IMG/VR virus record: IMGVR_UViG_3300009155_000035
Length of the DNA: 64,000 bases
Source: a virus
Lineage: Duplodnaviria; Caudoviricetes
Strand: one strand, 5' to 3'
Position numbers and translations under genes: made by a program
Shown here: piece by piece, positions 27,486 through 37,800 of the stretch
Layout of the letters: each line of letters starts with the position of its first letter
How positions within the stretch are numbered: position 1 is the first letter of the stretch
The notes under the pieces: model-generated
What the model was told of the DNA's origin: nothing
Databases searched by the model: none
Seen by the model: only the letters and a program-made list of their open reading frames with translations

Positions 27486-28867
27486 AGTACCAAGCTCCAT
27501 TCTCCGCCAACATACAACCCTTCGTAACTCTTGACCCAATTAGATCCAGTCCATCGATACTGTACATCAGTAGTTAAGTTGGTTACAAACTGAGTGTTAT
27601 CGTAATGCTCTCCAGCTTCAAATACCACAACCCAATCTGTGCCGTTGAATTGAATAATGTTGTTGGCCTTGCCAACTAGATATCCCCAGGCCTGTGGCGG
27701 AATAGGATTTGACAAATCACCAACGTCTTCTAGAATCAAGTAGCGGGTGCCTGTTGTGGCCACTGGAAGGCCAGCCCCAGGGCCACTCAACAGTGGATTG
27801 ATAATTGCATTAATTGGGTCTAGAGTATTTTGTGGAAGAGTGTCGGCATCAATATCAACTAGTAAAAAGTGATCATTTGTTGGATCGTAGGTAACTGTTC
27901 CAATTATTTCAGTATCATCGCCCCACTGGCTGGCCAGTCGAATTTGGCTAATACCATCACGCAACGTTCCATACAGACCTACAACAGCATGCCAGAATAC
28001 ATTACTGTTGGGAAATGCCGGTATATTAATACTACTGTTAGGGGCATCAATTGTGGCCGATTGTGTTAGTACCTGAAGTTTGTTTCCAATTAACAATGTT
28101 TGATAACCATATGGAGTAAACATCTGACGGGTGCCAAGTAAAAGATCACTGTTGGTAATTGCGTCAACTGCGTCACCCTTGGTATTATATACTGATGCAA
28201 CAATTTTTTCTATGACTCCAAGCTTTTTGACCTTTGCTGGGCTTGAGATCCAAATTGGCAATGTAAATCGCATGGTCATGATATCAATGGGATTTTCTGT
28301 GCCTTGTGGAATAGTGCGACTGCTCCAGGTAGTTGATTCAAGTTCAACAACACTTAAACTGGTCCAATCAAGATAACTGTCGGTGCTCTGCACTTCCAAA
28401 CTTGGATTAAACAATGTAGCAATTTGTTCAAACAACTGCATTTTTTGATTTGTATTACTGGTCCAAAAATCACAGTTAATGGTCATCTTGTAAGGTACTG
28501 GCATCAATCTTTCAATTGTAAATGCATTGCCTTGTGTGGTCTCATAAGTCTCTGTCTCAGCATCATATGTTCTTTGCCGCACGGTTGTTCGATTCACAAA
28601 GTATGGTTCTTGCATGCGTGGACGATCGTAGTCCATGCCTGCAATGTAAAATGTAATCAACGGTGTACTAGGTAACGCACTAGATGAGTTGTTTTGCATC
28701 ACTGTGGCAACTTGTCGGGATGCATCGCCGTATCGCACCGGTACTCTTAATAGCGTAGGTGCACCAGTTGTTTCATCCTTGCCGTATTCAACTTGAAAAT
28801 TACTAAAGATTCTTGTAAATTGCAGTAAGAATCTTCGTATCTGTTCATCATAAAAAAATTGTTGCAT
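27482..28867 (-). CDS. Tail terminator / sheath stabilizer (T4 gp15-like) with C-terminal extension
   Basis: FFYDEQIRR....F..IFSN, RVP..YG, MPVPY, Q..EQI...F.P motifs. Confidence 0.8.
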   Translation of the reverse strand: MQQFFYDEQIRRFLLQFTRIFSNFQVEYGKDETTGAPTLLRVPVRYGDASRQVATVMQNNSSSALPSTPLITFYIAGMDYDRPRMQEPYFVNRTTVRQRTYDAETETYETTQGNAFTIERLMPVPYKMTINCDFWTSNTNQKMQLFEQIATLFNPSLEVQSTDSYLDWTSLSVVELESTTWSSRTIPQGTENPIDIMTMRFTLPIWISSPAKVKKLGVIEKIVASVYNTKGDAVDAITNSDLLLGTRQMFTPYGYQTLLIGNKLQVLTQSATIDAPNSSINIPAFPNSNVFWHAVVGLYGTLRDGISQIRLASQWGDDTEIIGTVTYDPTNDHFLLVDIDADTLPQNTLDPINAIINPLLSGPGAGLPVATTGTRYLILEDVGDLSNPIPPQAWGYLVGKANNIIQFNGTDWVVVFEAGEHYDNTQFVTNLTTDVQYRWTGSNWVKSYEGLYVGGEWSLVL

Positions 28868-28870
28868 TGA

Positions 28871-30238
28871 TTATCGTCCTGGTGGTCTTGGGTTTGGTGG
28901 TAAGTTACCGTTGTCATCGCCATTATCAGCTTTGGGTTTAAGCAACTCGCTAAGGCTTTGTCGACTTGGGATATTGCCAAGGTCTGTAGTTGGCACAGTG
29001 TATGTATTATTAACAAAGCTCGAGCGTAGAGTTTTGTTAGCTGGACCGTTGGTCAAATCAGTTCTCACATTGTCCTCGATCTTGACCCAGGATGCACCAT
29101 TAAATCTAAACAGTCTGTTGGGGAAGTAATCCAAACGCAATGAATAATCACCTTCTCTTGGCTGTGATGGAAACGATACCCCTGGAGTAACTGGTAATCC
29201 ATTTGGTGCAATACCATCTCCGGTAAGATAACCCATGGTGTATCCGTCAGACCTTGGTGTTTGAGTAGCGTCGGCACTGTTGGGATCAGACCCATCAACT
29301 GTGTTAAGGTTGTTGTCTGCACTGACGCTGGATGGATCAGCCGGAGTCCCATCCGGATTAGTTGGCCAGATATAAAACTTTACTGTATCGTATCCCGACA
29401 ATGGAACTTCGATCTCGCTCTGTAACAAGATAGCATCATTGAGTTCGTAGTCTTTGGGACGAGTACTGCCATACTGTTCTTCAGTTGGCGGGTCAATTTG
29501 TTCCCAATATGTGGTATTGGTGATGTCAGTGCCCACTGGCACATCAACTTTGGCTCGATAATAAGTATCGCCAGAGTTAACAATACTACCACTGGGGTAG
29601 AAATTACCATTGTCCCAGATTTGTTCACTAACAAAAGGCTTGTTAACAATTTCTTGATATTCTTGGGCATTAACCAAAGGTGTTGCTTTTACACGCCACA
29701 AGTGCGGCATCCATGTTTGACTAAACCCTTCGCTGGCAAATGCCGCATCTTGGATTACATAATATCTTGGAAGTGCTCTAGGTATGGCACTGTTAAGGGG
29801 ATTCATATCACGCAGATTTGGAATTTCCATCACGTCACCACTCATGAGCTTGCGCCCGATTGTGTCAATCATGTCATTGTAGTGAAAAGTAACAAACAAT
29901 GTATCGTTGTTTAAAAACAATCCAAATTGAGTTAGATCAAAGTCAATATCTTGAGTACGATACACTCCACGCAATTGATATACATCTGGATCATATGCCC
30001 GATCTCTATTTTCTAGCAACAGTAAGTCTTGGATAAACAACGGATTGTCGGTGCTATAGATTGGTTGGGTAGCATCATAGTTGCCAGACTCAACTGAGTC
30101 TTCCCCTCCAGTTTTGGGTCCTAGATACTTGTGCAGGTATATATCTACACCACCGACGGTGTACATTTCGGATATAGTTCGGTCAAAAAACCGGTAGTCG
30201 TTGGTACGATTTGGACGATATAGGCTGAGTCTTGGCAT
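28871..30238 (-). CDS. Neck protein (T4 gp14-like) with extensions
   Basis: G.D.Y...Y, DL.QFGL...D..F, GD..EIP, W....T motifs. Adjacent to gp15. Start 30238 follows a minus-strand TAAATA at 30251-30246. Confidence 0.7.
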   Translation of the reverse strand: MPRLSLYRPNRTNDYRFFDRTISEMYTVGGVDIYLHKYLGPKTGGEDSVESGNYDATQPIYSTDNPLFIQDLLLLENRDRAYDPDVYQLRGVYRTQDIDFDLTQFGLFLNNDTLFVTFHYNDMIDTIGRKLMSGDVMEIPNLRDMNPLNSAIPRALPRYYVIQDAAFASEGFSQTWMPHLWRVKATPLVNAQEYQEIVNKPFVSEQIWDNGNFYPSGSIVNSGDTYYRAKVDVPVGTDITNTTYWEQIDPPTEEQYGSTRPKDYELNDAILLQSEIEVPLSGYDTVKFYIWPTNPDGTPADPSSVSADNNLNTVDGSDPNSADATQTPRSDGYTMGYLTGDGIAPNGLPVTPGVSFPSQPREGDYSLRLDYFPNRLFRFNGASWVKIEDNVRTDLTNGPANKTLRSSFVNNTYTVPTTDLGNIPSRQSLSELLKPKADNGDDNGNLPPNPRPPGR

Positions 30239-30263
30239 AGTGCAGTATTTATGGAAAGCTCGG

Positions 30264-30292
30264 TTGACCAAATAATCCCAACCTGCTATAAT
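30264..30292 (+). promoter_or_regulatory. Sigma70-type early promoter
   Basis: TTGACC-17 nt-TATAAT with TG extension. Confidence 0.8.
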
Positions 30293-30318
30293 TAGAACTT
30301 GTCAACAAAGGAGCTACT

Positions 30319-30576
30319 ATGCTTACAGATGCACAAAGCGAGCAAATTAATAATACTGAAGTATACACTTTAGATTATGAGGCAGAAGCACTACAAAGTT
30401 TTAATGATACCGGGGACGACTTAATGGACGAGCTGGAAGTTCGCGCCACTAATGTTATTTTGGAACAAACAGGCTGGAACGCTCGCGAGGACCTGGGCGG
30501 CATTACAGCTTACTTCAAAGACAATACTTTAGTGGCATTTTACGATTACGAACAGTTTCGGGGCACTGTGTTCTAA
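30319..30576 (+). CDS. Small acidic hypothetical early protein
   Basis: 85 aa, 18 Asp/Glu versus 4 Lys/Arg. SD AAGGAG. Confidence 0.75.
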   Translation: MLTDAQSEQINNTEVYTLDYEAEALQSFNDTGDDLMDELEVRATNVILEQTGWNAREDLGGITAYFKDNTLVAFYDYEQFRGTVF

Positions 30577-30592
30577 AAACAAAACTTTTAGC

Positions 30593-30625
30593 GGGATTGA
30601 CATAAAAATCAATCCCTGCTATAAT
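30593..30625 (+). promoter_or_regulatory. Consensus sigma70 promoter with an overlapping inverted repeat
   Basis: TTGACA (30597)-17 nt-TATAAT (30620). GGGATTGA-8 nt-TCAATCCC overlaps the -35 box. Confidence 0.85.
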
Positions 30626-30651
30626 TACAGTTATTGCTTTTTGGAGAACGT

Positions 30652-31794
30652 ATGAAAGTCGCAACCAAACCTGTTAAGCCCTTGAATCCGCGTAGTGCAG
30701 ATACTAACGCCATGGGCATGGAACCAACTTGGCAAACTCAACCCGCAGACAATCGGGTCAGTGCTCTGAGCAGAGCGTTCTCTTGGTACAATTATTTTTA
30801 CGGCAAAAAAGATGCACGTGATATGATCGTTGCATACCTTGAAGCACACGATCGTAAAGCAGATGTTCGTACACTCAAACGCATTCCAGACAGCTCAATA
30901 CGACTGACCACAGGCTGGTTGTGCCGTATGACTTTGGTGGGACTAGAGCTTAATGACCATGAGCAAATACAACTAGACAGTCTTCTTAAAGAGGTCCTTG
31001 AGTCTAAACAAGACGATGTAGTAGAAGAAGCACCACCCGTTGAGGACACAGTATCCAAAATTACGATTCAAGATCGATTGCGTGAAAAAGTAGGTGAGTG
31101 CGCCGGCGAGCTTGAGGGACTGTTTGACGAGTTTCTCGACAATGGTGCAAAGATGTCAGCAGACTTTAAACCTATTTCGATTATCCGAAGCAAAAACGTT
31201 GCACCACAAATGATTGGTACTATTGCTGACATTTGGAAACGTCGACAAACTGAGTTTGAAGAAGTGATTGCCGGTAAAGACCCCCAGTTGGTCGAAGGGT
31301 ACAGTCACCTTGGCAAGGTTCAATTGCGTAATGTGCTCAAGTTCTGTGAAACTGTGATTAACGATTGCGGGGCATACGTACAAATTAAAAAGGTTGAACG
31401 CAAGCCACGCAAGGTCCGAGCAGTACCCCCAGAAAAACGTGCGGCCAAGTTCAAGCATATCCTAGAGTTTGCAGAACTCAAACTCAAGGGATTACCGGCC
31501 GCAAGCTTGGTAGACAAATCTGAAGCCTGGTTGTACGATACTAAAAAACGAAAACTGGTTCATATTGTTGCAGATGAGTACGCCAAAGTGTTTACTGTAA
31601 AGTCAAACTCTGTTATTGGCTTTAGCACAACAGAAACTGTGCAAAAAACACTGCGCAAACCAGCCGATGTTTTGAAACTTCTAGGTGCGGCAGGTAAGCC
31701 AGCGGCACGTAAGATTTTCAAAGAAGTTACTACTACTGAAACACCCTGGAATGGACGTGGCACAGAGAACTTGATCATCCTAAAGAGTTGGTAA
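30652..31794 (+). CDS. Hypothetical early protein
   Basis: 380 aa, SD GGAGA. Acidic helical N-terminal half and basic C-terminal domain (KTLRKP). Confidence 0.7.
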   Translation: MKVATKPVKPLNPRSADTNAMGMEPTWQTQPADNRVSALSRAFSWYNYFYGKKDARDMIVAYLEAHDRKADVRTLKRIPDSSIRLTTGWLCRMTLVGLELNDHEQIQLDSLLKEVLESKQDDVVEEAPPVEDTVSKITIQDRLREKVGECAGELEGLFDEFLDNGAKMSADFKPISIIRSKNVAPQMIGTIADIWKRRQTEFEEVIAGKDPQLVEGYSHLGKVQLRNVLKFCETVINDCGAYVQIKKVERKPRKVRAVPPEKRAAKFKHILEFAELKLKGLPAASLVDKSEAWLYDTKKRKLVHIVADEYAKVFTVKSNSVIGFSTTETVQKTLRKPADVLKLLGAAGKPAARKIFKEVTTTETPWNGRGTENLIILKSW

Positions 31795-31816
31795 ATATTA
31801 AGGACAGGAGTCCTTA

Positions 31817-32581
31817 ATGGCTGACCAAACACTTGATCCACTTAAAAAACAACTTATAGAATATGTGCAACTACAGCTTGCAAGTCAAATTATTGATATT
31901 GAATTAGACCCAGAGCACTACGAAGCCGCATATCAAAAAACCATTGGTACGTATAGACAACGTGCGCAAAATGCCTATGAAGAAAGCTACAGCTTCATGG
32001 AATTGATCAACGACGTAAATGAATACACCTTACCACAGGAAGTTACACAAGTTAGACAAATCTTTCGTAGAACAATTGGGTTAGGCACTGGCACCGGCGG
32101 CTATAGTTTTGATCCGTTTGGAGCCGCTACCTTGAATGTGTACTTGCTTAACTTTAACCAAGCAAGCGGTGGTATGGCCACATACGACTTTTATCAACAA
32201 TATGTTGAACTCGCGGCACGTATGTTTGGCGGCTACATCAACTACACATTCAATCCTGTTACCAAAAAACTACAACTCATTAGAGACCCAAGAGGAACAG
32301 GTGAAGTTGTGTTGTTATGGACATACAACCTGCGCCCAGAAATTGTGCTACTGAGTGATTTTCAAATCAGTCAATGGATCCGTGATTACATGGTGGCCGC
32401 TTGTAAGATGATTATTGGTGAAGCACGTGAAAAGTTTGGAACCATTGCTGGCCCGCAAGGTGGCGGCACTTTAAACGGAGCACAAATGAAGCAAGAAGCA
32501 CAAGCGGCCATGGACAAGTGTATTGAGGATCTTAAATTATATGTTGACGGAAGCCAGCCACTCACGCTGGTGATTGGGTAA
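31817..32581 (+). CDS. Neck / head-tail adaptor protein (T4 gp13-like)
   Basis: LK..L..Y..LQL....IDIEL, YTLP..V..VR.I, W..DY..A..K..IG....KF, GG.TLNG motifs. Confidence 0.8.
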   Translation: MADQTLDPLKKQLIEYVQLQLASQIIDIELDPEHYEAAYQKTIGTYRQRAQNAYEESYSFMELINDVNEYTLPQEVTQVRQIFRRTIGLGTGTGGYSFDPFGAATLNVYLLNFNQASGGMATYDFYQQYVELAARMFGGYINYTFNPVTKKLQLIRDPRGTGEVVLLWTYNLRPEIVLLSDFQISQWIRDYMVAACKMIIGEAREKFGTIAGPQGGGTLNGAQMKQEAQAAMDKCIEDLKLYVDGSQPLTLVIG

Positions 32582-33288
32582 TGAGTAAAACTTTAATTGT
32601 TGGGTGCAGTTATATTGAAAACTTGGACATCGAACAAGTAAGTTCTCGATTTGTACTTTGTGGATCAAGCGGTGCGGGTAATCAAAGCATTGCAGCCAGG
32701 GTGGCATATGAATGCAGTTGTAACAATTACGACCGTGTGATTGTGTTATGGAGCGGCATCTTTAGATTAGATTTTCCAGTTAGTCTTGCATTACATAAAA
32801 CTACCCCTGTAAGTTTGGATGGAAAGCGCAAGTACGAGTATTTTACAGAAATAGGGTCCGCAGTATGGTATCACAGTGGCGGATGGGGACTTAGCGGATC
32901 CAGCAAAGATAGCCCATGGTTTTTTAGAAATTTTTGTCAGGCCCAATATCAGGGCGCCACTCCGAGATATCTAAGCGAATTAAGTTTGCTAGGTATATTG
33001 CAAACTCAATGCTTTTTGAATCAACAAAACATTCCATATGACATGAGTTTTATATACGATGTCAATCAAAATTATACGGACCCAAATGTTGAACCAGGAT
33101 GCGGCAAACTTGCTCGAGAATCAGCGTACATTAACTTAATAGACTGGACAAAATTTACTCCTACAATTGCGCCATATGAATTTGCCAAAACAATAGATAA
33201 CGGATTTGAGCAAGATGGGTTTCACCCAAATTTTGATACCATGAACGCATGGTTCAAAAAATATCTAAACGAAGATTTAACTAGTTGA
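32581..33288 (+). CDS. SGNH/GDSL-like hydrolase-fold protein
   Basis: GCSY, GAGN, C-terminal DGFHP. Confidence 0.55.
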   Translation: MSKTLIVGCSYIENLDIEQVSSRFVLCGSSGAGNQSIAARVAYECSCNNYDRVIVLWSGIFRLDFPVSLALHKTTPVSLDGKRKYEYFTEIGSAVWYHSGGWGLSGSSKDSPWFFRNFCQAQYQGATPRYLSELSLLGILQTQCFLNQQNIPYDMSFIYDVNQNYTDPNVEPGCGKLARESAYINLIDWTKFTPTIAPYEFAKTIDNGFEQDGFHPNFDTMNAWFKKYLNEDLTS

Positions 33289-33313
33289 TTTTTTATTGTA
33301 AGTGTGTTATAAT
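33285..33313 (+). promoter_or_regulatory. Sigma70-type promoter
   Basis: TTGATT-17 nt-TATAAT with TG extension, 6 nt before ATG 33320. Confidence 0.65.
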
Positions 33314-33319
33314 CAACAC

Positions 33320-33841
33320 ATGGACTTAATGATTGACATGGAAGGCCTAGCTACTGGCCCAGAAACTTGCATTCTGACAATTGCCGCGCAAGGGTTTGAC
33401 CCGTTTGGCAATGGGTACTATCCTGATCGATGCTACTATGCCCGGGTTGATTTAGAAAGTCAGCCCAATCGTAAAATTGAGCAAGGTACTATTGAGTGGT
33501 GGGCCACTCAAAAAGAAGCTCAAGCAGAAGCCTTTGCTGAGGATAATCGTATTCCTCTTGATCAAGCACTAGATGAACTTGGCAAACTTATTTGGCATTC
33601 CAAACGTATCTGGGCGCAAGGCCCCACGTATGACATGACTATTTTAGAGCATGCATATAAAAGCTACAACAAATTAATACCATGGCAATACTATGCTGTG
33701 CGCGATAGTCGCACAGTGTTTTCGTTGTGGCCGGGACTAGAAAAACCACCCACAAGCCATCATGCGCTAGAAGATTGTCGCAGACAAATTGAACTGTTAC
33801 AGGACACACTCAAATATCTTAATGTAAAGGAATTAGCATGA
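33320..33841 (+). CDS. DEDDh 3'-5' exonuclease (Rv2179c-like)
   Basis: MIDMEGL, W.QG..YD..IL, RDSRT, HHALED motifs. Confidence 0.85.
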   Translation: MDLMIDMEGLATGPETCILTIAAQGFDPFGNGYYPDRCYYARVDLESQPNRKIEQGTIEWWATQKEAQAEAFAEDNRIPLDQALDELGKLIWHSKRIWAQGPTYDMTILEHAYKSYNKLIPWQYYAVRDSRTVFSLWPGLEKPPTSHHALEDCRRQIELLQDTLKYLNVKELA

Positions 33842-34500
33842 TTATTGGCATTTGCGGACTTATTGGTGCTGGCAAAGATACCATTGCAGATTATCTAGTA
33901 AACATACATCAATATCGCAGGGAAAGCTTTGCTAATAGTTTGAAAGATGCTGTAGCTCAGATATTTGGCTGGGATAGAACCATGCTAGAGGGGCGCACAA
34001 AGCACTCAAGGGAGTGGCGTGAACAAGTGGATACCTGGTGGGCAAATCGATTGAATATACCCGAACTTACTCCACGGTGGGTGCTACAACACCTGGGCAC
34101 AGACGTATTGCGTACAAGATTTCACGATGATATTTGGATTGCCAGCTTGGAAAATAAACTACGTAATATCACAGACGATGTTGTTATAACTGATTGCAGA
34201 TTCCCAAACGAAATCAACGCTATCAGGGCTTCGGGCGGAAAAGTAATTCGTGTTATCCGTGGTGTAGAACCAGACTGGATGCCATATGCAATCAATTACA
34301 TGAGTGGCCCTCAAACAATTGGGTGGGCGATTGGGAAAGACATGCTAACAAAATTTAATGTGCATGCCAGCGAGTACAGCTGGGCTGACACTAAATTTGA
34401 TCAAGTAATTGACAATAACAGTACCATGGATCACTTGTACAAGCAGATCAATGATCTGGTTCAAGATCTCCAGGCTTCCAAGGAAGGTCAGCTCGGGTGA
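33838..34500 (+). CDS. Deoxynucleoside monophosphate kinase (T4 gp1-like)
   Basis: IIGICGLIGAGKDT P-loop, FA..LK, R..LQ..GTD, VITDCRF.NE. Confidence 0.9.
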   Translation: MIIGICGLIGAGKDTIADYLVNIHQYRRESFANSLKDAVAQIFGWDRTMLEGRTKHSREWREQVDTWWANRLNIPELTPRWVLQHLGTDVLRTRFHDDIWIASLENKLRNITDDVVITDCRFPNEINAIRASGGKVIRVIRGVEPDWMPYAINYMSGPQTIGWAIGKDMLTKFNVHASEYSWADTKFDQVIDNNSTMDHLYKQINDLVQDLQASKEGQLG

Positions 34501-34792
34501 CCTCAGCGGCACAATTGAGACAGATAGTTTTTAAGTTTCTTAATTCACTGTTGTTTAAATCACCATCAACATGATATACCAGTAACTGACTTGAATGTCT
34601 TGCCTTGAACCCGCATCGATCACATGCGGTTTTCTTTTTGTAGCCACTGGTTTGCCACCGTGGTTTTTGTGGTTTGAGCTTCTTGCCTTTGCGTATACAA
34701 GCATTGCATTTAGACCGATAATACAGTTTGTTGTTGTGCCAGCCGTTAACAGCGGCTAGGTTCTTGTTGCATACTTTACACAGTGGTCTCAT
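34448..34792 (-). CDS. Zinc-finger HNH-like protein
   Basis: Four CxxC pairs and YHVDGDLNN...NL..ICLNC. Start lies 5 nt after a minus-strand TAAATA. Confidence 0.7.
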   Translation of the reverse strand: MRPLCKVCNKNLAAVNGWHNNKLYYRSKCNACIRKGKKLKPQKPRWQTSGYKKKTACDRCGFKARHSSQLLVYHVDGDLNNSELRNLKTICLNCAAEVTRADLPWKPGDLEPDH

Positions 34793-34804
34793 ACCATTAT
34801 TTAT

Positions 34805-34833
34805 GTTGCGAACCTTAATTAAGGCACCGCAAC
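34805..34833. other. Interrupted palindrome between divergent late promoters
   Basis: GTTGCG-aa-CCTTAATTAAGG-cac-CGCAAC. Confidence 0.6.
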
Positions 34834-34890
34834 CATGCCCGTTTTTACGTTCTTCAATAAATATTACTAACATTTTTGAAGGATGCGATT

Positions 34891-37800
34891 ATGGCACTAG
34901 TATCTCCCGGCGTAGAAGTTACAGTTGTTGATGAGTCAAATTATATACCAGCGGCAACTAACTCTGTTCCATATGTTTTGATTGCGACAGCACAAAACAA
35001 AATCTCTGGCACTGGAACTGGCGTAGCAGCCGGTACTTTGGCAGTCAACGCAGGCAAGGTTTATTTAGTAACCAGCCAGCGTGATTTGGCAGCAACATTT
35101 GGTAACCCGTTCTTTTACAAGACATCGGCTGGTACACCAATTAACGGTTATGAGCTTAACGAATATGGCTTGTTGGCTGCGTTCTCTGTTTTAGGTATTA
35201 GTAATCGCGCTTATATCCAACGTGCAGATATTGACTTATCAGAGTTAACAGCAAGTTTAGTTCGCCCAACAGGCGCACCAACTGATGGTACTTACTGGTT
35301 AGATACATCATCAACATCATGGGGCGTGTTCCAGTGGAATCAAACAACTGGTGCATTCACTAGCAAAACTCCCACAGTTATTACTAGCACAACACAGTTA
35401 ACCGGTGGCGTGCCAAGTGCAAACATTGGTAGTATTGGTGACTATGCAGTTGTTGCAACAAATGCAAACAATCCTGTATACTACAAAAACTCAGAAAACA
35501 TGTGGGTACTTGTTGGTAGCGACGCTTGGAAAATGAGCTGGCCTACAATACAGGCATCAAATTCTCTTGACGGGGTGAGCCTAACAGCAGGTAACACAAT
35601 TGTTATTAACGGAACAACGGTTACAGTGCCAGTAGCACCAAACAACAACCTTAATGGTTTGGTAACTGCAATTAACAATGCAAGTATTGCTGGTGTGACT
35701 GCCGAAGCTGACTCAAGTAGCCGTTTGGTAATTTATGCAGACAGTGACGCAGAAAGTGACGGCTCATCTGCTAATGGTGGCATTGTACACATTGATGTAT
35801 TGAGTACTGCTGGACTATTAACAGCATTGGGTGTTAGTGTAGGAAATTACTATGCACCAACATTGCAACAAAGTCCAAACTACACAGTTCCGCGTTGGAG
35901 AACCAGTGACGTTGAACCTCGCCCAACTGGTTCTGTTTGGAACATGTTGACAGCAGTTAACCAAGGCGCAAGCATTATTATCAAGCGTTATGATTCAGTG
36001 CTTGGAGCATTCGTTACACAAAGCGCACCAATTTATGCAAATGGTTGGAGTGCCGACAAAGGACTAGACCCTGCAGGTGGTGGTAAGAATATTCCAGCTG
36101 ACACATTATATGTTCAGTACAATACTGATCCAGAATTGTCTGGTACTGGATTGTACAACAACACACTGACTCTCAAGGCATATACTCGCCTTGCAGCCGG
36201 TGCAACGGTCATCACCGGCGATGACACTGCTCCAACATTTACCGCATCAAATACATTTACAATTCAGGCCAGCACAGCAAATAGCACAAGTTTAACATCT
36301 CCAGTAACTGCCACTGTTAATGGTGTTACTCCAGCTGACTTTGTAACAGCAGTTAGTGCAGCCGGCGTACCAAATGTTTCCGCCAGCGTTACTAGCGATG
36401 GCTCAATTGCATTTACACATGCTCTTGGTGGCGACATTGTTTTGATTGATTTAACCGGAAATCCAGTAGCAGACGCAGGTTTTAATACTACAGTTACCGG
36501 TGTGTCTGATGCAACAGGCGAATTAACTGGTGGGTTAATTTTATCTAACTGGATCCCATTAACTTACATTGCATCCGCAAGTGCTCCAAGCCTTGATCCT
36601 GCTGATGGACGCCTATGGTACTACAGTGCAACTAATCAAGTCGATATCATGATTCAAAGTGGTACAGAATGGCAAGGTTATCGCAATGTTAGCTTGGACG
36701 TTCGTGGATATAATTTAACACAAACAGATCCAAACGGACCTATTGTTTCTGCATCTGAACCCCTATTGCAAAGCGATGGCACAGATTTGGTTTATGGTGA
36801 TTTGTGGATCGACACCAGCAACTTAGAGTTGTATCCAGTGGTTAAGCGTTGGGAACTGGTCAATGACGTTGCAACCTGGGTGTCTATTGACAATACCGAT
36901 CAAACAACAAGCAATGGTATCTTGTTTGCTGACGCACGTTGGGCAACAAACGGCACAACTGATCCAATTACTGATAACTTCCCAACAATCAAGAGTTTGT
37001 TAACTAGTGATTATTTAGACTTGGATGCACCAGATCCAACACTGTATCCAGCTGGGACATTGTTGTGGAACACACGCCGAAGTGGTTTTAACGTAAAATC
37101 ATTCCAGGTTGATTATTTTAACCCAACAACATTCAGTGTTGACAGCTACAGCGCCGCAACAAGTTATGCAGTTAATGATTTGGTATTGTATGAAGGTATC
37201 ATTTATATTGCTACTGCCCCTGGCAATGGTAACGTACCAACCGACACCAACTTCTGGAGCCCACTGGAAACCAATGCTTGGGTAACTGCTACTGGAAACA
37301 AAGCAGATGGCAGTCCATACATGGGTCGTTTGGCACAGCGTCAATTGGTAGTGGCTGCAATGAAGAGTGTAATTGACACACAAGACACTTTGCGTGAAGA
37401 ACAAAATGTGTTCAACTTGATTGCCTGCCCAAATTATCCAGAGCTGATTCCTAACATGGTTGCATTGAACAACGAACGTAGTAACACAGCGTTCGTTGTT
37501 GGTGATACACCATTGCGCTTACCACCAAATGGGGCAGACATCGTGGCCTGGGCAACCAACAACACTGGCACTGGATATGTCACTGGCGATGGATTAACAA
37601 TTGGTGATCCTTATGTTGGCGTGTTCTACCCAAGTTGCCGTACAACAGATCTAGGCGGAAGCCAAGTTGTACAACCACCAAGTCACATGATGTTGCGTAC
37701 TATTGTACGCAGTGACGAAGTTGCTTATCCATGGTTGGCACCAGCTGGTGTACGTCGTGGTGTAATTGACAATGCTGAACAAATTGGTTATGTTAATGCG

